A stretch of 57,413 bases of DNA, taken from the NCBI GenBank assembly GCA_964448055.1, contig CAYUVB010000001.1:45436-102848 (forward strand). The letters run 5' to 3'. Source of the DNA: an uncultured Desulfurococcales archaeon. GTDB taxonomy: Archaea > Thermoproteota > Thermoprotei_A > Sulfolobales > WANQ01. The notes below the pieces were generated by a model, which was not told where the DNA came from, searched no databases, and saw only the letters and a list, made by a program, of their open reading frames with translations. This document shows positions 46,423-55,960 of the stretch, piece after piece (within the stretch, counting starts at the first letter, position 1; each line of letters begins with the position of its first letter). The position numbers and the translations under genes were made by a program.

Positions 46423-46574
46423 TACAGCTCACTATCATGAAGCTATAGGTTAAGTAAAGGGTAATATAGGTTGTAGCTTAGAATTTTATAATCCAGGATC
46501 TGTAGTTCCGTAAATCTCTTATATTATAACTAGTACATGTTTTTCTAAAAGAAGTTGAGCCAAGGGAGTCATCC

Positions 46575-47159
46575 TTGGGAAAAACAATACTAGGCATAGG
46601 TTACATCCTAGCGGCGATACCATACGTGAACATTATAGGGATATTGCTTGTAGCTATAGGGTGGTTTACGTTAGGTAAAGAACGTGATAGAGGTTTATGG
46701 AAGGTAACTGGTATTCTAGGGATAGTTTCATTCATACTAATGATTGCCGCTATAGCCATTGCAACATCAATATTCTTTGCAGCTATGGGCAGTCCAGCAG
46801 CAATAGAGCGTGCGCTTGCGGCAGGTATAGGTTCTCTTGCAGCATTAATAATTGCAGGTATATTTATCATAATATTCGGTATACTACAGCTTATATGCTT
46901 ATGGCAATTTGCTAATGTTTATGATTCTAAGTTAGTCAAAATAGCAGTAATACTATACATATTAACAATTATAGCTGCACTAGCAGCTATACCCCTAGTA
47001 GCAACCATGGGGTATGGAGCACTTCTTGGTTTTATAGGATTAGGAATTCTAGGATTCATAGCTGGTATCCTAGCAGGTATAGGTATTCTCACAGCCAAGG
47101 AACAAGCACCAGCTCCGACGCCAGTAACCACAGAAGCTCCTCCACCTCCTCCACCATAA
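46575..47159 (+). CDS. polytopic membrane protein (DUF996-like) with Pro-rich tail
   Basis: 194 aa with 5-6 TMs. The C-terminus is QAPAPTPVTTEAPPPPPP. TTG start. Confidence 0.5.
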   Translation: MGKTILGIGYILAAIPYVNIIGILLVAIGWFTLGKERDRGLWKVTGILGIVSFILMIAAIAIATSIFFAAMGSPAAIERALAAGIGSLAALIIAGIFIIIFGILQLICLWQFANVYDSKLVKIAVILYILTIIAALAAIPLVATMGYGALLGFIGLGILGFIAGILAGIGILTAKEQAPAPTPVTTEAPPPPPP

Positions 47160-47309
47160 TAATGTAATGTAGTCCGATAACATAACAATATTTTTCCTCA
47201 CTTCTCTCCATTCGTATTGGCAGGATATTAACATCTCATGTACATCCTAACTAATTAAACCATCAAGATATATCTGTGTTTATATAACAATTTTACGAGG
47301 GATAGAATT

Positions 47310-47453
47310 ATGTCTTCCCAAGAGATAGCTGAATTAAGAGAACGAATAGCCAAATTAGAAGCAAGGCTAGAAGTACTTGAGAAACGTGTAGAAAGAAGTA
47401 ATTATCTAAGAGAATTATATGTGTACCTACAAAGAACCTTAGGCAGTAGATAA
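47310..47453 (+). CDS. small coiled-coil protein (47 aa), not in the ORF track
   Basis: ATG preceded by GAGGGA. The heptad-like sequence is MSSQEIAELRERIAKLEARLEVLEKRVERSNYLRELYVYLQRTLGSR, ending at a TAA stop at 47451-47453. Confidence 0.3.
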   Translation: MSSQEIAELRERIAKLEARLEVLEKRVERSNYLRELYVYLQRTLGSR

Positions 47454-47471
47454 GATATTACCAAGTTATAA

Positions 47472-47771
47472 CTACCTCCTAATAGTATCAATAAGTTTTA
47501 ATGGATCCAAGTCTCTTCTATGTAGTACTAAATGTGCTTTATTCTTAGTTGTATCATATGATATAACTATACCGCCTTTAAGCTGATGTACTTCTACTTT
47601 AACTAGGTTTGCATCTAATCCTATTAGACTTTTAACATAGGTTTCATAGTAATCATGTAAGCACTCGTTTTCAAGGCAGTTTAATATTAGTTCTGGATCA
47701 ACTGGTACCTTCTCAACTCTATCATTGTAGACTAAGTGTACTTCAAGCCATGAGGGGATAGGTTCTTCCAA
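47472..47771 (-). CDS. hypothetical protein
   Basis: 99-aa ORF with no motif recognised. Confidence 0.4.
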   Translation of the reverse strand: MEEPIPSWLEVHLVYNDRVEKVPVDPELILNCLENECLHDYYETYVKSLIGLDANLVKVEVHQLKGGIVISYDTTKNKAHLVLHRRDLDPLKLIDTIRR

Positions 47772-47904
47772 GATATTTCATCCTCAAAGGAATACAACTT
47801 ATGCAATATATCGTAGTATACTTTGGAGTACTTATATCTTATCGTATAACATTGGGAATTAGTAATATTTAGCTAAATAACAAGATTATAGCTAGGTTAA
47901 GACT

Positions 47905-48666
47905 ATGGTTGAAATAAATGGATTAAGGGCTATAGTTACAGGTGCATCTAAAGGCGTAGGTAGATTATTATCCATTAAACTTATTGAGAAAGGTGCCAAG
48001 GTCCTAGGTGTTGCTCGTAGCCGAGAACCATTGGGAGAACTTGAGAAGAAATACAATGGTATGTTTTATGGTGTACAATGTGATTTAGCTTCTACTACAT
48101 GTACATGTTGTGGAAAGATCATTGAGGAAGCATATAAGGTTCTCGGAGGAATAGATGTATTAGTAAATAATGCTGGGTATGCTGTTTATGGTAGAATCTG
48201 GGAACAGTCATGGGAGGACGTTTATGGTCAAGTAATGGTTAACATGGTTTCAGCTATGTATTTAACCCATCTAGTATTAAAAGAGATGTTTAAGCAAAGA
48301 AAGGGTGTTATAGTCTTTGTCTTAACTGGTGCAGTTTATGCATACATCATGGGGTTAGCAGTTTATGGCGCAAGTAAGGCCGGGTTAAGCTACTATGCTG
48401 AAACACTTAAACATGAACTTGAAGGTAGTGGAATTAGAGTTGTAACCGTCTATCCAGGATCAATTAAGGGTACGGAATTCTTTGGTCATCCAAGCTTTCG
48501 TCGTAAAGATTTTACTAAGGTTAGGTGGGACACTAATGTAGAGAAAGTCGTAAATAAGATAATAGAAGCAATAGAAAGGGATAACGTAACTAAAGTGTAC
48601 ATACCATGGTGGATTGGCGTAGCCAGTAAAGTAGCGCAATTATTTGGGATGACAGTATCCTTATAA
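47905..48666 (+). CDS. short-chain dehydrogenase/reductase (SDR)
   Basis: TGASKGVGRLL, NNAG, and catalytic YGASKAG. Confidence 0.85.
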   Translation: MVEINGLRAIVTGASKGVGRLLSIKLIEKGAKVLGVARSREPLGELEKKYNGMFYGVQCDLASTTCTCCGKIIEEAYKVLGGIDVLVNNAGYAVYGRIWEQSWEDVYGQVMVNMVSAMYLTHLVLKEMFKQRKGVIVFVLTGAVYAYIMGLAVYGASKAGLSYYAETLKHELEGSGIRVVTVYPGSIKGTEFFGHPSFRRKDFTKVRWDTNVEKVVNKIIEAIERDNVTKVYIPWWIGVASKVAQLFGMTVSL

Positions 48667-48705
48667 CTCTTTGGAAAGCATTATTCCCTAGAGGTTATGT
48701 AAATA

Positions 48706-49239
48706 GTGTTAAATCCCAAGAGTATTGGTATAATAGGTTCCATAGCGACATTTGTTGGGTTACTATTCTTATTAATCGTCCCATTAATAGGTCTAGTCAT
48801 ATTATTTGCTGCGAGAATAGGTTTACTAATAGCATTTAAGGATCTCTCAAAGACATTAAATGATACAAAGATATTCAAATACAAGTTTAAGTCAATTGTT
48901 CTAGGCGTAGTAGCCTTAATGATATTCATGCTATCCCTATACACAACATCCTACCTTGTAGGACCTGAAGGTATGCCTGAAAGCATAGAGGACATACTAA
49001 GTGGAGGCGCCATGAATATACTGCTTCTAGGCTCAATAATTGCATGGATAATCATTATTGTATCGATAATATATATTAAGAAAGCTTATGACCTACTAGC
49101 GTCATTGTTGAATATAAGGTATTTTCGATGGATAGGCTTAGTTTACTTAGTAAGCGTGGTGTCCATTGTAACAGGATTAGGCATACTAATAGCGCTTGTA
49201 GGCGCCTTAGTAGAGTTATTATCATGGATTCATGTATAA
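48706..49239 (+). CDS. DUF996-like membrane protein
   Basis: 177 aa with 4-5 TMs. The loop AFKDLSKTLNDTKIF is typical of the archaeal DUF996 pattern. Confidence 0.5.
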   Translation: MLNPKSIGIIGSIATFVGLLFLLIVPLIGLVILFAARIGLLIAFKDLSKTLNDTKIFKYKFKSIVLGVVALMIFMLSLYTTSYLVGPEGMPESIEDILSGGAMNILLLGSIIAWIIIIVSIIYIKKAYDLLASLLNIRYFRWIGLVYLVSVVSIVTGLGILIALVGALVELLSWIHV

Positions 49240-49241
49240 CG

Positions 49242-49826
49242 TTATATTATTAGTATTTTTGTAGATCCATGTGGCTGCATATATTTAGCTGTAATGTAGC
49301 CTACTACAGCACCAACTACATGCGCGATATTATTTATCCTGCCTGGATAGGCTAGATTGCTTAGCAAGATTACTATCATAAGAAATACTAGTACAGCTAT
49401 GGCTGTTCCAGTAACCCTTTTCTCTACAACTACCAATGCACCAAATAAACCGAATACAGCACCACTTGAACCTGCACTAAAAGCAGGTAATAGTAAGCTA
49501 GCAATATTTCCTGCAACACCAGATATGAAGTATATTCCAAGGGTTTTCAAATGACCATAATATGTTTCAACTATCCTACCAGCAATATACAATGCATACA
49601 TATTGAAGAATAAATGTAATGGATCTATGTGAACGAATAATGCTGTTGCTATTCTCCACCATTCACCCTTAAACAATACCAGGTATGGATGAAGAGCCAA
49701 CATGTATATGGCATTAACGTTTGGTCCAAAATCCCCGTTTATACCGTAGAATGCAATCAATAGTGTATACACTAAAATGTTACATGCAATTAGTAGTACT
49801 GTAGTCTTTGTGTACACATAAGGCAC
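49242..49826 (-). CDS. rhomboid-family intramembrane serine protease
   Basis: WWRIATALFVHIDPLHLFFNMYALY, catalytic GSSGAVFGLFGA and AHVVGAVVGY. Confidence 0.8.
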   Translation of the reverse strand: MPYVYTKTTVLLIACNILVYTLLIAFYGINGDFGPNVNAIYMLALHPYLVLFKGEWWRIATALFVHIDPLHLFFNMYALYIAGRIVETYYGHLKTLGIYFISGVAGNIASLLLPAFSAGSSGAVFGLFGALVVVEKRVTGTAIAVLVFLMIVILLSNLAYPGRINNIAHVVGAVVGYITAKYMQPHGSTKILII

Positions 49827-49945
49827 CTTGGATCTGAAGTATTAGTGTTCTACAGTTCTATTTATGTGCAGATATCTCTGTTACAGTATATTGCTACATT
49901 AAATATCTAATACTTGCTAGATATTAAAATTGTTGAGATGATATT

Positions 49946-50665
49946 TTGAATAAAATAGGGCTAACGTTAGTACTAATGGTAGTATTCATTATTGGTGTTG
50001 TGCTTACTAGTACAGAGTTGTATAGACCGTCTATGTTTAAGAGTATATCATGGAATAAAGCTGTGACATTAACAGATGACAACATAATAATAGATATAGA
50101 GTACGCTAAACCTTTAAGCCCGAGACAAATAGTCATAATGGTTCATAGTACAGTATATGAATCAGATAAGAAAATATGGCATGAACTAGGTATAGCCCGA
50201 AGACTATTAAATTATGATAGTGCTGTAGTTCTATTCGACTTGAGATTCCATGGTAACAGTACACCTGCCTTAGCTAGTGGGCCAGTAACGTTACCTCAGG
50301 AAAACATGAAATACTATGGTGAAGACCTAGAATCAGTTATCAAATGGGCCAAGAAAAATCTTGGATCACTACCAATAATAATAGTATGCTACGGTGATTC
50401 CAGTAAAATCGTCCTAGAACATGCGCTAAAGGATAGCAGTATTAAAGGCATTGTATTAATACTTGCTAAGTATGCCGATATAGTGGATCTTATAGAAAAG
50501 AATCATAAACCGATACTAGTATTATCAGACGATAATTCATGGCACAATATAGGAAATGTACTATATGTAGGCATATATCGTGATTATCAAGGTAAACCTC
50601 TATGGGATGAATCGGATCTCGATATACTATTCAACTGGATTAAAAACATAGGATTGACGTCCTAA
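49946..50665 (+). CDS. membrane-anchored alpha/beta-hydrolase-fold protein (degenerate)
   Basis: N-terminal TM, FDLRFHGNS, and paralogy to the next gene. No clean GxSxG motif (CYGDSSK). Confidence 0.45.
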   Translation: MNKIGLTLVLMVVFIIGVVLTSTELYRPSMFKSISWNKAVTLTDDNIIIDIEYAKPLSPRQIVIMVHSTVYESDKKIWHELGIARRLLNYDSAVVLFDLRFHGNSTPALASGPVTLPQENMKYYGEDLESVIKWAKKNLGSLPIIIVCYGDSSKIVLEHALKDSSIKGIVLILAKYADIVDLIEKNHKPILVLSDDNSWHNIGNVLYVGIYRDYQGKPLWDESDLDILFNWIKNIGLTS

Positions 50666-50786
50666 GCTATATTCAGAATAAGTCCACTTCTTCCAAATAA
50701 AGTTCTTCATAAACTTAATACAGAATAGATAAAGTAATTAGGGTGTCTAACCAGTTATTTTCGTACTAAAGCTTCCGGGATCCTAC

Positions 50787-51620
50787 GTGTCCAAGAACGT
50801 AATCGTTATCGTATTGTTGTTATCTGCATTAGTTGTAATACTATTGCTCTCTCATTTACATCTAGTAAACCTTACATGGAGAGGAAATAGTCAAGTTGAA
50901 TGGAAGGTCATGAGTTTGCAGATAGGTGAGGACATAATATTATCAGTGTATTATTCTGAGGTAGGCTTTCAGCCTAAGGCATTAATTGTGATTATTCCTG
51001 GATTTCGTGAAACATGCAGTATGTGGAATACTACGGGGCTTCCACAAGAATTAGCTAGTAAAGGCTTTGCCACTGTTTCATTTGATTTAAGAGGGCATGG
51101 TGGTAGTATTCGAAGACCTAATGGTGTATTTGTTAGCATAGAAGAATTATCTGAGAGGGATTATAATAGAATGAATTTTGATGTTAAAGCAGTTGTAGAA
51201 ATATTTAAGGAGTACTTTCATGTGAATAAGGTTTACTTGATAGGCTCTGACATTGGGGCTTCATTAGCAGTAGCATATGCTGTAAAAGATAAGGATGTAA
51301 AAGGCTTGATACTAATTTCACCTAACTTCGAGTCGGCAATACCATTCCCTGTGGAGTTTTTAGAGAAATATGTAGAACGTGGTGGAAAAGCAATATTTAT
51401 TTACAGCCGGGAGGACTCATTATCTATCAATGTTATAAATAATGTTATAAATACGGTAAGGAATATTAGTGGAATAAATGAAACCGTAGGCAACATATTC
51501 TATTATGCATCAAATAAGGTGGGTCATGGCATATCACTAATGCTTAATGACAATAAAATCTTATCGAAAATATTACAGTTCATAGACCTATTTTATGTGG
51601 AGAATTCTAGAAATACCTAG
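50787..51620 (+). CDS. membrane-anchored alpha/beta hydrolase
   Basis: N-terminal TM, IIPGFRE, and FDLRGHGGS. The nucleophile elbow is LIGSDIGAS (Asp at the nucleophile position). A late GHG is also present. Confidence 0.6.
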   Translation: MSKNVIVIVLLLSALVVILLLSHLHLVNLTWRGNSQVEWKVMSLQIGEDIILSVYYSEVGFQPKALIVIIPGFRETCSMWNTTGLPQELASKGFATVSFDLRGHGGSIRRPNGVFVSIEELSERDYNRMNFDVKAVVEIFKEYFHVNKVYLIGSDIGASLAVAYAVKDKDVKGLILISPNFESAIPFPVEFLEKYVERGGKAIFIYSREDSLSINVINNVINTVRNISGINETVGNIFYYASNKVGHGISLMLNDNKILSKILQFIDLFYVENSRNT

Positions 51621-51678
51621 GAGAATACTTGTTTGATTAGAAAATATTGTTTTGGGAAGGGGGTTATTCGTCATAGGG

Positions 51679-53304
51679 CTAGGCTGGCTTGATGCTTAAT
51701 TGTTCTAGGTCTATTCTAAACCTTAGAATTCCTTTACTACTTGATACTAGTGCTTCAGCGTATCGTGCACTTGTATTCTTTAGCCTTAGTATATTGTAGC
51801 TTCTTATTCCATTGTATTTTAGTACGTAGTCTATTAGGTTTTCTATTATCTTCGAATCATAGTTATATCCTGTAACTCTAACTCTTCCATCAATACCTGC
51901 ATGTATGCTTATGTTTACAGCACCTATTATCCATGAGATAACCCATCCACCATTTCCATCGTCTTCTATATTTCTTAGCTTCGGCTTAGTGAATCCTAGT
52001 CTGGCTAGTAGTTTAAGTGATTGTTCTAGAGCGTATCTACGTGAAAGTTCAACTCTACGTAGCTGTGGTACTAGTGGATACTCTACTAGGTAAACATAGT
52101 TTCTTATACCATCTGTGGCAGCAGCAACGAAACTTGAACCAGCTCTACGTATACTTGTGACCCTTAATCCATTGGATTCTAGTAGTTTCTTAACAGCTTC
52201 CTCATTAACATCTATATCCATTGATAATACTCTATTCTCTTCAACATCGATCAAGGCTTTAACGTTCACACCTATACCTGAAAGCTCTACTAGCATTTGA
52301 AGAGGTTTTTCTGATTCAATACTCCACTTACTAACATCTAGTTCAATGCCTCTAAGGCCTCTTCGTGAAATTTCTTCTTTGATCTTCTCTATTATTTCTC
52401 TTAATGTTCTGTACTTTCTAATTTCTATTATTCCTTCATCTCCTACTAATACCTTGTATAAACCACCAGGTGTAGATGCAACTACATGAGTTATTTCAGG
52501 AGATTCTGTATTAACTATAGTTAGTGATTCTATTGTTGTTCCAAGTATATCACTTAATAATTCTTCAAGCTTGTCTATTCTTATTCTACGCTTATTAAGA
52601 GTTACTTTACCACTATATTTATTAACAATAAAGTGGAGTTCATAGTAACTTGACTTAACCTTAACGTTATAGTGTATTTCTTTCTCACTAATTTCCACTT
52701 GGTATTCCTCTTCATTTTCTTCTCCAACAAGCTCTTCTATTAGGTCGTCTATAGCTCTTTCAACTATCTTCCTTTTACTATTCTTTTCCCTAAATACTTT
52801 ATCAAGTTTTTTAGCTTCATCAATTACTAGTTCAATAACTTCTTCCTTATTTAATGGCTTAATGTTCCTTACTATGGTTGATTCCCATTCATCTATTTCT
52901 ATTAATCCATTTCTACCATTAATACTTAATCCTATTCTCCACCTAAGTACGACAAGAACAGCTAGCTTTGATTCATTGTATTCTTTTGTTGGATTCATAA
53001 ATATGTTAATATTGTTAAGTTTTAGGGCAATAGCTGATTGTTCTCCAGGCATTATAAGCCTTCCATGGTTTTTCTCAAGCCATTTCTCACCAAACCACTT
53101 CATAAGAGCTATTTTAGCCTTGTATTCGAGTTTCTTTGTACCCGTCTTTTCTACTTCTACGGGTTCAACAAGTACCTCTATACCGTTAACTATAGTCTCT
53201 TCTTTACTAATACCTAGCTCTTCTAATATGCTATATACTTGATCTAGTACTTCTATTGGAGTTCTTTTAGCGTATATTGGTTTTGAGTAGGGAAATGTTA
53301 TCAA
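51679..53304 (-). CDS. 541-aa cytoplasmic repeat protein of unknown function, partner of the BrxL-like ATPase
   Basis: Long ORF with no TM and no catalytic motif recognised. It starts 6 nt after the upstream stop. It appears built from 5-6 beta-rich modules of about 60-70 aa. Confidence 0.55.
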   Translation of the reverse strand: MITFPYSKPIYAKRTPIEVLDQVYSILEELGISKEETIVNGIEVLVEPVEVEKTGTKKLEYKAKIALMKWFGEKWLEKNHGRLIMPGEQSAIALKLNNINIFMNPTKEYNESKLAVLVVLRWRIGLSINGRNGLIEIDEWESTIVRNIKPLNKEEVIELVIDEAKKLDKVFREKNSKRKIVERAIDDLIEELVGEENEEEYQVEISEKEIHYNVKVKSSYYELHFIVNKYSGKVTLNKRRIRIDKLEELLSDILGTTIESLTIVNTESPEITHVVASTPGGLYKVLVGDEGIIEIRKYRTLREIIEKIKEEISRRGLRGIELDVSKWSIESEKPLQMLVELSGIGVNVKALIDVEENRVLSMDIDVNEEAVKKLLESNGLRVTSIRRAGSSFVAAATDGIRNYVYLVEYPLVPQLRRVELSRRYALEQSLKLLARLGFTKPKLRNIEDDGNGGWVISWIIGAVNISIHAGIDGRVRVTGYNYDSKIIENLIDYVLKYNGIRSYNILRLKNTSARYAEALVSSSKGILRFRIDLEQLSIKPA

Positions 53305-53310
53305 GGGGAG

Positions 53311-54762
53311 TTAACCCCATCTTACATTGTATTCTAAGCTAGGAGAGGGGTATTCATTAGGTAAGAGTAAGTGAAGTAATTGTTTAACATAGATGCGTGA
53401 CCTTATTGCAATATCTACTATTTCCTTAAACAGTTGTTTATCTAGTTCACCGTGAGGTGCTATTACTTTTATTAGCCCAGATATAGTACGTGCTATTGCT
53501 TTTTCGTCACGGATTGTAAAGCTCCTCCCCAGTTCAACGTAGTCTAATACCATCTTCCTATAGTCTATTCTACGCAGCTGATGAAGTATTTCTGCATAGA
53601 AGTCTATTACTAGCCCTATAGTCTTTGACAAATGAATACTGCTGACCATGATCTTGGGCAATCTCCACCCGGGTATGAAGCCATGTATACGATCAAGTAA
53701 TGCCGGGTCCTTCATGAATCCTGGTAAGACATTTAACAAGTACTTTACCGAGTTCTCATCAACTAAAATTTCATCGTCTACATTTCCTATGAATACCAAG
53801 CTACAATCACTATGTGCTTGTTTGGGCCCTCGTTCAAAGAACCCGCTTTCCATGTAGTCTTTGAGCTTACCTACTACTTCGTCTTCGTTAGTAAATCTTA
53901 TCCTATTAACTTCGTCGAATACTACAACGTCTTTAATAGCTATAAGACCTGGCTGCTTAGTGACAATATTATAGAATAATTGTGCTGGACTTACTCTTCC
54001 ACCACTTATTATCCGTGAGTAATAGCTTATGTTACGGTATAGGAATGTTTTACCTGTAGCTCGCGGACCAAATTCTGCTAGATTAGAATTAGCTTCAACG
54101 AATGGTACAAGTCTTAGAAGTAGTACTAGTTTCTCCTCCCAGCTATATGCGGCAGGATTCAAACCTATAGTGCTAATAACTACGTCAACCCATTCTCGTG
54201 GATTGAATTTACGTGTAGCTTCAAGGAACCAGTCAAGATCCACACGTGATACTTGGAATGGTGTGAACCCTGTGACTATGACCTTGAACTCGTTATCGGG
54301 TTTGTATGATAACTCTATTATACCCCACATACCTGTTCTCAATAAGTTCTCATGTTCAGCAACAATACTATCATATATTCCAGCATCCTTTAATCCAAGA
54401 CTAGGTATGATTGCTTTTAGAATACCTTTACGTACGTCAACCGTTACCTTCAATTCATCTATTATCTTTATTTTACCTTTAACCATAAGTTCATGTAGAT
54501 ACTTATCACGGTCAGCTGGATCTGGATAATATTTTCTAATAAAGTCAACTAATTTGCGGCAATCATTTTTACGACAGAGTTTTGATACAAGGTATTCCGA
54601 TACATAACGTGGTAGTTTTGAGATATACTGGTTATGTACAAGTGTTTTGTCAACAACTAATCCTTTGAATACCTCTGCAAACCTGACCCATAAGTCCTGC
54701 TTGCCAATCGTAATCCTATTAACACCTACAAAATCCTCGGAGCCAGTAATAATAGTAGACAT
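53311..54762 (-). CDS. short BrxL-like AAA+ ATPase (TIGR02688-type, no Lon protease domain)
   Basis: Walker A FGPRATGKT and Walker B VVVFDEV. The N-terminal ~200 aa follow the BrxL N-domain pattern (FKGLVVDK, LPRYVSEYL, KIKIIDE, GMWGIIELSY, FTPFQ). The ORF ends at 483 aa without a protease domain. Confidence 0.7.
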   Translation of the reverse strand: MSTIITGSEDFVGVNRITIGKQDLWVRFAEVFKGLVVDKTLVHNQYISKLPRYVSEYLVSKLCRKNDCRKLVDFIRKYYPDPADRDKYLHELMVKGKIKIIDELKVTVDVRKGILKAIIPSLGLKDAGIYDSIVAEHENLLRTGMWGIIELSYKPDNEFKVIVTGFTPFQVSRVDLDWFLEATRKFNPREWVDVVISTIGLNPAAYSWEEKLVLLLRLVPFVEANSNLAEFGPRATGKTFLYRNISYYSRIISGGRVSPAQLFYNIVTKQPGLIAIKDVVVFDEVNRIRFTNEDEVVGKLKDYMESGFFERGPKQAHSDCSLVFIGNVDDEILVDENSVKYLLNVLPGFMKDPALLDRIHGFIPGWRLPKIMVSSIHLSKTIGLVIDFYAEILHQLRRIDYRKMVLDYVELGRSFTIRDEKAIARTISGLIKVIAPHGELDKQLFKEIVDIAIRSRIYVKQLLHLLLPNEYPSPSLEYNVRWG

Positions 54763-54905
54763 AACCAGCCTAGCCCTCAGCTAAGAACCTTGTTATATGA
54801 TATGGAGAGTATATAAGACGGTCTCCACATCTATACTAAACTACGTATTTAAGTAATACTCATCAATAACTACCATAGGGTGATAGTACTACTTGTACGG
54901 AGAAT

Positions 54906-55859
54906 TTAATTAATGTGTTTGAAGCGTTCTTCAAGCCATACATTACCGCGTGGATGATACCCTAATTTCTCCCAATATCCCTCAATATACTTATCTGTAA
55001 ACTCTATTGTTTTAACCCATTTTACACCCTTCCATCCATACAAGTGAGGTATAATTATCCTAGCAGGAAAGCCTTGTTCCAAACTTAGTGGTCTACCATT
55101 TAATTTCAATGCTAATAACGAGTCTTCGTGAATAAAGTCTTCTAACGGTATTATCGTTGTGTATCCATCTAATCCTTCAACGAAAACCCATCTAGCTTTA
55201 GGCGAAACACCTGTCATTAAAGCTAGGTGCTTAAGAGGAACACCTGTCCATCGAACGTTCTTTACACTCCAACCTGTTACACAGTGAAAATCATATACTA
55301 TTTCCTTGCAAGGCATATACAATAAATCTTCGTATGTAATCTCAAGCTCTTTTGCTACAAGTCCTTTGACCTTAAGCCTCCATGTACTTAAATATATTCT
55401 AGGTTGACCTAGTATACGGTAGATTATGAAGTAGGGTATTATTTTCTGGCCAGGCGGTAGTTCTCTAATAGGCTCTTTCAACCTTGTATGTTTAATTGAT
55501 GGTTCTTTATCCTCTCCTACTCTTACATTGAATTTTTTAACTAACTCTAGGTCCATAGTGCATATAGTTGCTAGTACATTATTTTCATATGTTATGACTC
55601 TACAACTTATGTAGTTTCCTTTGTCTAGTTCTAAGTGGTACTTATACAGGATGAATTTATCGCCTATAGGCTCATTTTCGCTAAAAACTATATGTCTAAT
55701 ATCTACTTCTAAGTTATCCTTAATCCATTCTGCTACCTCATTAACTACATCATAGATGTCATTTAAGCTACTATACGTTTTGTTACGTGATATGCATTCG
55801 ACTACTGCTCCAATGTCCTTATGTATTAAGGATCCAGGGCCTTTAACGTAGCATTCCAT
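54906..55859 (-). CDS. sulfite-oxidase-family molybdopterin oxidoreductase domain protein (MsrP/YedY-like) with extra N-terminal domain
   Basis: The C-terminal ~190 aa carry YDFHCVTGWSVKNVRWTGVPLKHL, LNGRPL...GFPARIIIP and GWKGVKWV. The N-terminal ~125 aa are unassigned. No signal peptide. Confidence 0.75.
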   Translation of the reverse strand: MECYVKGPGSLIHKDIGAVVECISRNKTYSSLNDIYDVVNEVAEWIKDNLEVDIRHIVFSENEPIGDKFILYKYHLELDKGNYISCRVITYENNVLATICTMDLELVKKFNVRVGEDKEPSIKHTRLKEPIRELPPGQKIIPYFIIYRILGQPRIYLSTWRLKVKGLVAKELEITYEDLLYMPCKEIVYDFHCVTGWSVKNVRWTGVPLKHLALMTGVSPKARWVFVEGLDGYTTIIPLEDFIHEDSLLALKLNGRPLSLEQGFPARIIIPHLYGWKGVKWVKTIEFTDKYIEGYWEKLGYHPRGNVWLEERFKHIN

Positions 55860-55960
55860 GACTTGTGGCTACCTCAAAGAGTACTACTTGAGCATTATTC
55901 TCGTTATTAACGTTTATATTCTTCTCTGGCTTCCAAGCTCTCTGTGGTGAAAAGTCTATT

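Noticed and set aside
46919-47188. 89-aa minus-strand ORF with a poly-Gly run
   Set aside because: It is the antisense reading of the poly-Pro tail and TM helices of the 46575-47159 membrane protein.
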